Shown here: piece by piece, positions 60,677 to 64,000 of the stretch
Numbering within the stretch: the stretch's first letter is position 1
Layout: every line of letters begins with the position of its first letter
Assembly: GCA_963811105.1 (NCBI GenBank)
Contig: CAWEPZ010000011.1
Location: 320,001-384,000, forward strand
Direction: 5' to 3'
Length of the DNA: 64,000 nt
Source of the DNA: Candidatus Bathyarchaeota archaeon
GTDB lineage: Archaea > Thermoproteota > Bathyarchaeia > Bathyarchaeales > Bathycorpusculaceae
Made by a program: the position numbers and the translations under genes
Notes under the pieces: model-generated
The model's input: only the letters and a program-made list of their open reading frames with translations
Database searches by the model: none
What the model was told of the DNA's origin: nothing

Positions 60677-61261
60677 ATGGCACCTAACTTCCTTTATGAA
60701 GCTCCAACATGGAACCGAATATACGAAATACTGCTGACCCAAGCGGAAAAAATTCAAAGCGACAACTATGAACCAGATATTATTGTTGGCGTCGCGCGAG
60801 GCGGAATAGTGCCTGCCTGTATCCTAACTGACCTTTTAGAAAGCGCCGATTTTGCGCTCATACAAATAGAATATTACTCTGGAATTAATCAAACATGGAA
60901 AGAACCAATTTTAAAACAATGCCTAAACACCCCGCTTACCGACAAAAAAGTGTTGTTGGTGGATGATGTTTCTGATAGCGGAAGAAGTTTGAAACTTGCA
61001 AAAAACCATTTGCAGGAACAAGACGCAAAGGAAATCAGGATCGCTACCATGTACACGAAACCTACAACCATAACCCCACCCGACTACTATGAAAAACAAA
61101 CAAATTCCTGGATTGTATTTCCATGGGACGCAAAAGAAACAGTAAGAAAAATCATCGAGCAAAAGGAATGCAACCGTGTGGTCAGCCAAGAAATCACAAA
61201 ATTAGTAAAATCAGGCTTGCCAAAAAAACTCGTAGAAAAATTCATAAAGGACATGTCGTAG
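60677..61261 (+). CDS. Purine-type phosphoribosyltransferase
   Basis: GVARGG, VLLVDDVSDSGRS, WIVFPW. Confidence 0.9.
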   Translation: MAPNFLYEAPTWNRIYEILLTQAEKIQSDNYEPDIIVGVARGGIVPACILTDLLESADFALIQIEYYSGINQTWKEPILKQCLNTPLTDKKVLLVDDVSDSGRSLKLAKNHLQEQDAKEIRIATMYTKPTTITPPDYYEKQTNSWIVFPWDAKETVRKIIEQKECNRVVSQEITKLVKSGLPKKLVEKFIKDMS

Positions 61262-61834
61262 GTGAAAGAATTGCTGCATTATCTAAAAGAATATTCTAAG
61301 TATGCTGGAATAACGGGCTACAGAAACATAGACTTCGCTGTAGCGGAATCATATCTAAAAGCTAACCGCAAAGAGGCTCACAATGTTGACATTCAGTTTT
61401 TCGATGCAGAGTTTATTGCGACGCAAGAGCACTTGTTTTTCGCTGTTTTAAATGCGTTGACAGCATTCAATAATAGAACAAACATTTCTAAAAGTCTATC
61501 TATGGAAACAATGCTTTACGCTTCAGCTAAGCGGCAAATACAAAAAGCTATTGAGCAAAGTGGCATAAAGCCCCAGACCATAAACTTAGCTGTGGCTGTT
61601 ATTGGGGAAAATCCGAGTGATCTAAAAAGAGCACTTGACGCGATTACTGCCTGTGTTGGCGCGGAGCCGGATGAGAAAGTTCTTAATATGTCAAAGATGA
61701 AAGAGAAAAAAATCAAAGAGATGTTCCAAATTTCAGATGATGAACTGGAAACGGTTGTCAAGGATCAAGACAGATCAGCCGCAGTTATTAACCTCGTTAT
61801 TGAGCGCGTAGCCCTATTAGCGACTCAACTCTAA
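61262..61834 (+). CDS. cgi121: KEOPS complex subunit Cgi121
   Basis: QFFDA, HL..A..NA, E.MLYASAKRQI.KAI...G. Confidence 0.88.
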   Translation: MKELLHYLKEYSKYAGITGYRNIDFAVAESYLKANRKEAHNVDIQFFDAEFIATQEHLFFAVLNALTAFNNRTNISKSLSMETMLYASAKRQIQKAIEQSGIKPQTINLAVAVIGENPSDLKRALDAITACVGAEPDEKVLNMSKMKEKKIKEMFQISDDELETVVKDQDRSAAVINLVIERVALLATQL

Positions 61835-61835
61835 C

Positions 61836-62363
61836 TTAAAGTATTTTTTCTTTAGCAACCGCCAATATGTCGCTGGGTTTAAGCAACGACAAGCCTGTTA
61901 AGCCGCCTATGACCTCAATAAGAAGAATGCGGTTTGGATTCTCAAGGTCTGCTTTACGCTTGATGTCTGATGCGGCTGCCTCAATTATGTCTTTAGAGTG
62001 AAGCGCCGTAAAGCGTTTTTCAACGGTTACCCGAAAAGTTTCTTCCTCGCCTATTCGAGCGGCTAACTCTTGGGTTGCTTGTTTTATTTCTTCCAAACCT
62101 GTTGGCACAACCTTTTCGATGGGCAAGATACGCATTGCGTAGCGGAATTCGTAGGGTCGCTCATTCAGTATAGCTCGGAATTTATAAATAACCAGACATG
62201 GATCCAAACTGGTTTTGCCCACAATTAATCCTTTGACTTTTGTTTTGCTAACTTGCGCTTCTGTGTCACCTAACTCTTCTGTGAGTAGAAAATGCAGTTC
62301 GTTGCACATTGGGCGTTCGTTTCCCCGTGAAGTTGTAGCTAGAAGGTTGAAGTCGTTAATCAT
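61836..62363 (-). CDS. THUMP-domain RNA-binding protein
   Basis: TFRVTVEKR, ADLENP.RILLIEV. Confidence 0.88.
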   Translation of the reverse strand: MINDFNLLATTSRGNERPMCNELHFLLTEELGDTEAQVSKTKVKGLIVGKTSLDPCLVIYKFRAILNERPYEFRYAMRILPIEKVVPTGLEEIKQATQELAARIGEEETFRVTVEKRFTALHSKDIIEAAASDIKRKADLENPNRILLIEVIGGLTGLSLLKPSDILAVAKEKIL

Positions 62364-62608
62364 TTTGATTGATCTCTGAGAGGGTAGATGCACTATGTTA
62401 TTTTTGCTTTATCCTTCTGAGTATGTATTTAGAGATTGTTCTACTTTCAAAACTTACGTACGACATTCCTGCCAAGTATATAATTATTATTCAGCATTGT
62501 TCAATATAGAAGAAGCGATCACTTTTTAGGATTAAACGGTGTTTTTTGAGATAATTTCTGCGATAAAACATTTAAAAACTTGCGTTTCAATGAATAGGAA
62601 CTATGGTT

Positions 62609-62685
62609 GCCCCGATGGCTCAGCCTGGTAGAGCGGCTGCCTCGTAAGCAGCAGGCCGCGGGATCAAAGCCCGCTCGAGGCTCCA
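62609..62685 (+). tRNA. tRNA-Thr(CGT)
   Basis: Cloverleaf; anticodon arm GCTGC-CTCGTAA-GCAGC; T arm GCGGG/CCCGC; encoded CCA; T-tract downstream; no intron. Confidence 0.92.
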
Positions 62686-62723
62686 ATTACTTTTTTTAGC
62701 AGATTTGGTTTGGGAATTTCGAG

Positions 62724-62837
62724 TTATGGTGCTTGTTCTTTCAGGAATTTCCGGTATTTCCTCTCATAATATGCGAAAGCAGCCGTCAGGGTGCCAGTGC
62801 ATAACACTATCAAAGAAATGTTGGTTAATTCAATCAA
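62724..62837 (-). CDS. 37-aa single-TM micro-protein
   Basis: TTG start, LIELTNISLIVLCTGTLTAAFAYYERKYRKFLKEQAP; GGAGG RBS at 62845-62849. Confidence 0.45.
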   Translation of the reverse strand: MIELTNISLIVLCTGTLTAAFAYYERKYRKFLKEQAP

Positions 62838-63158
62838 TCTTCCGCCTCCTAGATGTATGGGAAGAAGACGATTTCTTTTGGAGCAAATTTCTTCTTTTCC
62901 GGTGATGTTTTTTTCATTATTTCAGTCAATTCGATTGTTAATAGGCCTGTGACGGGATAAGAAGGTGATTGAGATTTGTGCATAATACTTGTGAATTTTT
63001 ATACAAGATTAAAAATATTGATTAATAGAGTGCATCAATGTCTGAGTATTCCAAGATAATCATAGCGTTTGGTTTTTTCGTGTAGTTGTGTTGTGCATTA
63101 GTGCATCGTTCGAGGTTTACGAGAAATGTTTATTAAATATTGCTATACTCGATGTTAA

Positions 63159-63515
63159 ATGCCTCAGGGAGCGATTGATATGCAATTTTTCCATGGGCAC
63201 AATGAAGAAAAACTCAAGTGCCCCTACAAAGGATGCGAAAAAGTATTCGACAAACCCACAGTTATCACAGACACCTCCATAATCCCGAGACAATCACATT
63301 ACGCTTGTCCCTTTTGCATGTCAAAACTCGAGATATCAACACTGAACTCAAAAATAATCAGCATAAAACCAACCGAGTACCCAACAGTTTTTGATTCTCC
63401 AGCTAAATGCGCACGTTACGGTGGACTTCTTCACACCCCAGGAGAAAGCATGCTTTCGCAAGATGATTGTCTAATCTGCCCAAAAGTACTTCAATGTAAC
63501 AAACGCAAAAAATAG
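63159..63515 (+). CDS. Small Cys-rich zinc-binding protein
   Basis: CPYKGC, CPFC, CLICPKVLQC. Confidence 0.7.
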   Translation: MPQGAIDMQFFHGHNEEKLKCPYKGCEKVFDKPTVITDTSIIPRQSHYACPFCMSKLEISTLNSKIISIKPTEYPTVFDSPAKCARYGGLLHTPGESMLSQDDCLICPKVLQCNKRKK

Positions 63516-63631
63516 CAAAAAGCGCGGATAGGGCTAGAGACTAATGTTCATTGAACCTGAGAGAGATTGTCTTTCTGTGGCTTGTACGTTTTCTATACGA
63601 AGTCTCTATTCTCATTCGTTCCCAGCAACTC

Positions 63632-64000
63632 TTAAAATCTATTGTTAAAATTCCCTGAACCTGATGAAGTTTGCCTCTCAGTTACTTCCCCGTGTTCGAT
63701 AACAATTACCGCTGCAATAACTACCAGATGGTCAACGTTTCCCGTTATTGAAACTCCGAGTTGGTCTCTCAGGGTTACCCATTTCCTATGAATCGAAGCC
63801 ACGGGTGCTCCATCGACTTCTATTTGGTATTCGTGTTCGGTGAAGTCTCCGAAGATACGCATAAACTCGAGACCGTTTTTTTCGACCCAGAATTCTTCGC
63901 CGATAAACTTGGCTATTTTGCGTTTTATTGTACCGAGCTCTTCGCCGCTTGGATTATAAAGAGTAAATTCCCTGTGTAGCGAGAAGGTTTTACCCTGCAG
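63632..64000 (-). CDS. LURP-one/scramblase (Tubby C-like) protein, partial (starts beyond window end)
   Basis: Frame is open to the window edge: GEELGTIKRK...IFGDFTEHEYQI...VASIHRKWVTLRD. Confidence 0.8.
   Translation of the reverse strand: MQGKTFSLHREFTLYNPSGEELGTIKRKIAKFIGEEFWVEKNGLEFMRIFGDFTEHEYQIEVDGAPVASIHRKWVTLRDQLGVSITGNVDHLVVIAAVIVIEHGEVTERQTSSGSGNFNNRF

Noticed and set aside
27755-61761. Numerous 60-180 aa ORFs antisense to or nested within housekeeping genes
   Set aside because: They overlap well-supported genes and have no recognisable motifs.
62609-62685. tRNA as the att site of the integrase island
   Set aside because: No duplicate of its 3' end was seen in the window, and it lies 35 kb from the island.

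Overview
Archaeal DNA. Gene content and paralog families suggest Bathyarchaeia (inference). The window has two parts. (1) About 1-27.2 kb is an accessory, partly decayed island rich in secreted and membrane-anchored proteins. It holds an intact IS1182 with a MITE-like relic beside it, an IS110 remnant, an intact tyrosine integrase, a second eroded integrase at the right edge, and two copies of a small element module. Its most notable content is a recurring gene pair: a secreted protein with a caspase/gingipain-like (clan CD) domain followed by a membrane-anchored protein with a PepSY-like domain. There are two full pairs plus a third PepSY-type paralog at the left edge. (2) About 27.3-64 kb is housekeeping: smc-scpA-scpB, rps8e, srp19, gltX, an Aeropyrum-type mevalonate/isoprenoid cluster, rps2, eno, aIF5B, topo VI, ABCE1, thiL, trmY, cgi121, a THUMP protein and tRNA-Thr(CGT). 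It also contains a pilin/roadblock module, several micro-ORFs missing from the ORF track and candidate structured RNAs. All calls come from motif recognition by eye; no searches were run.
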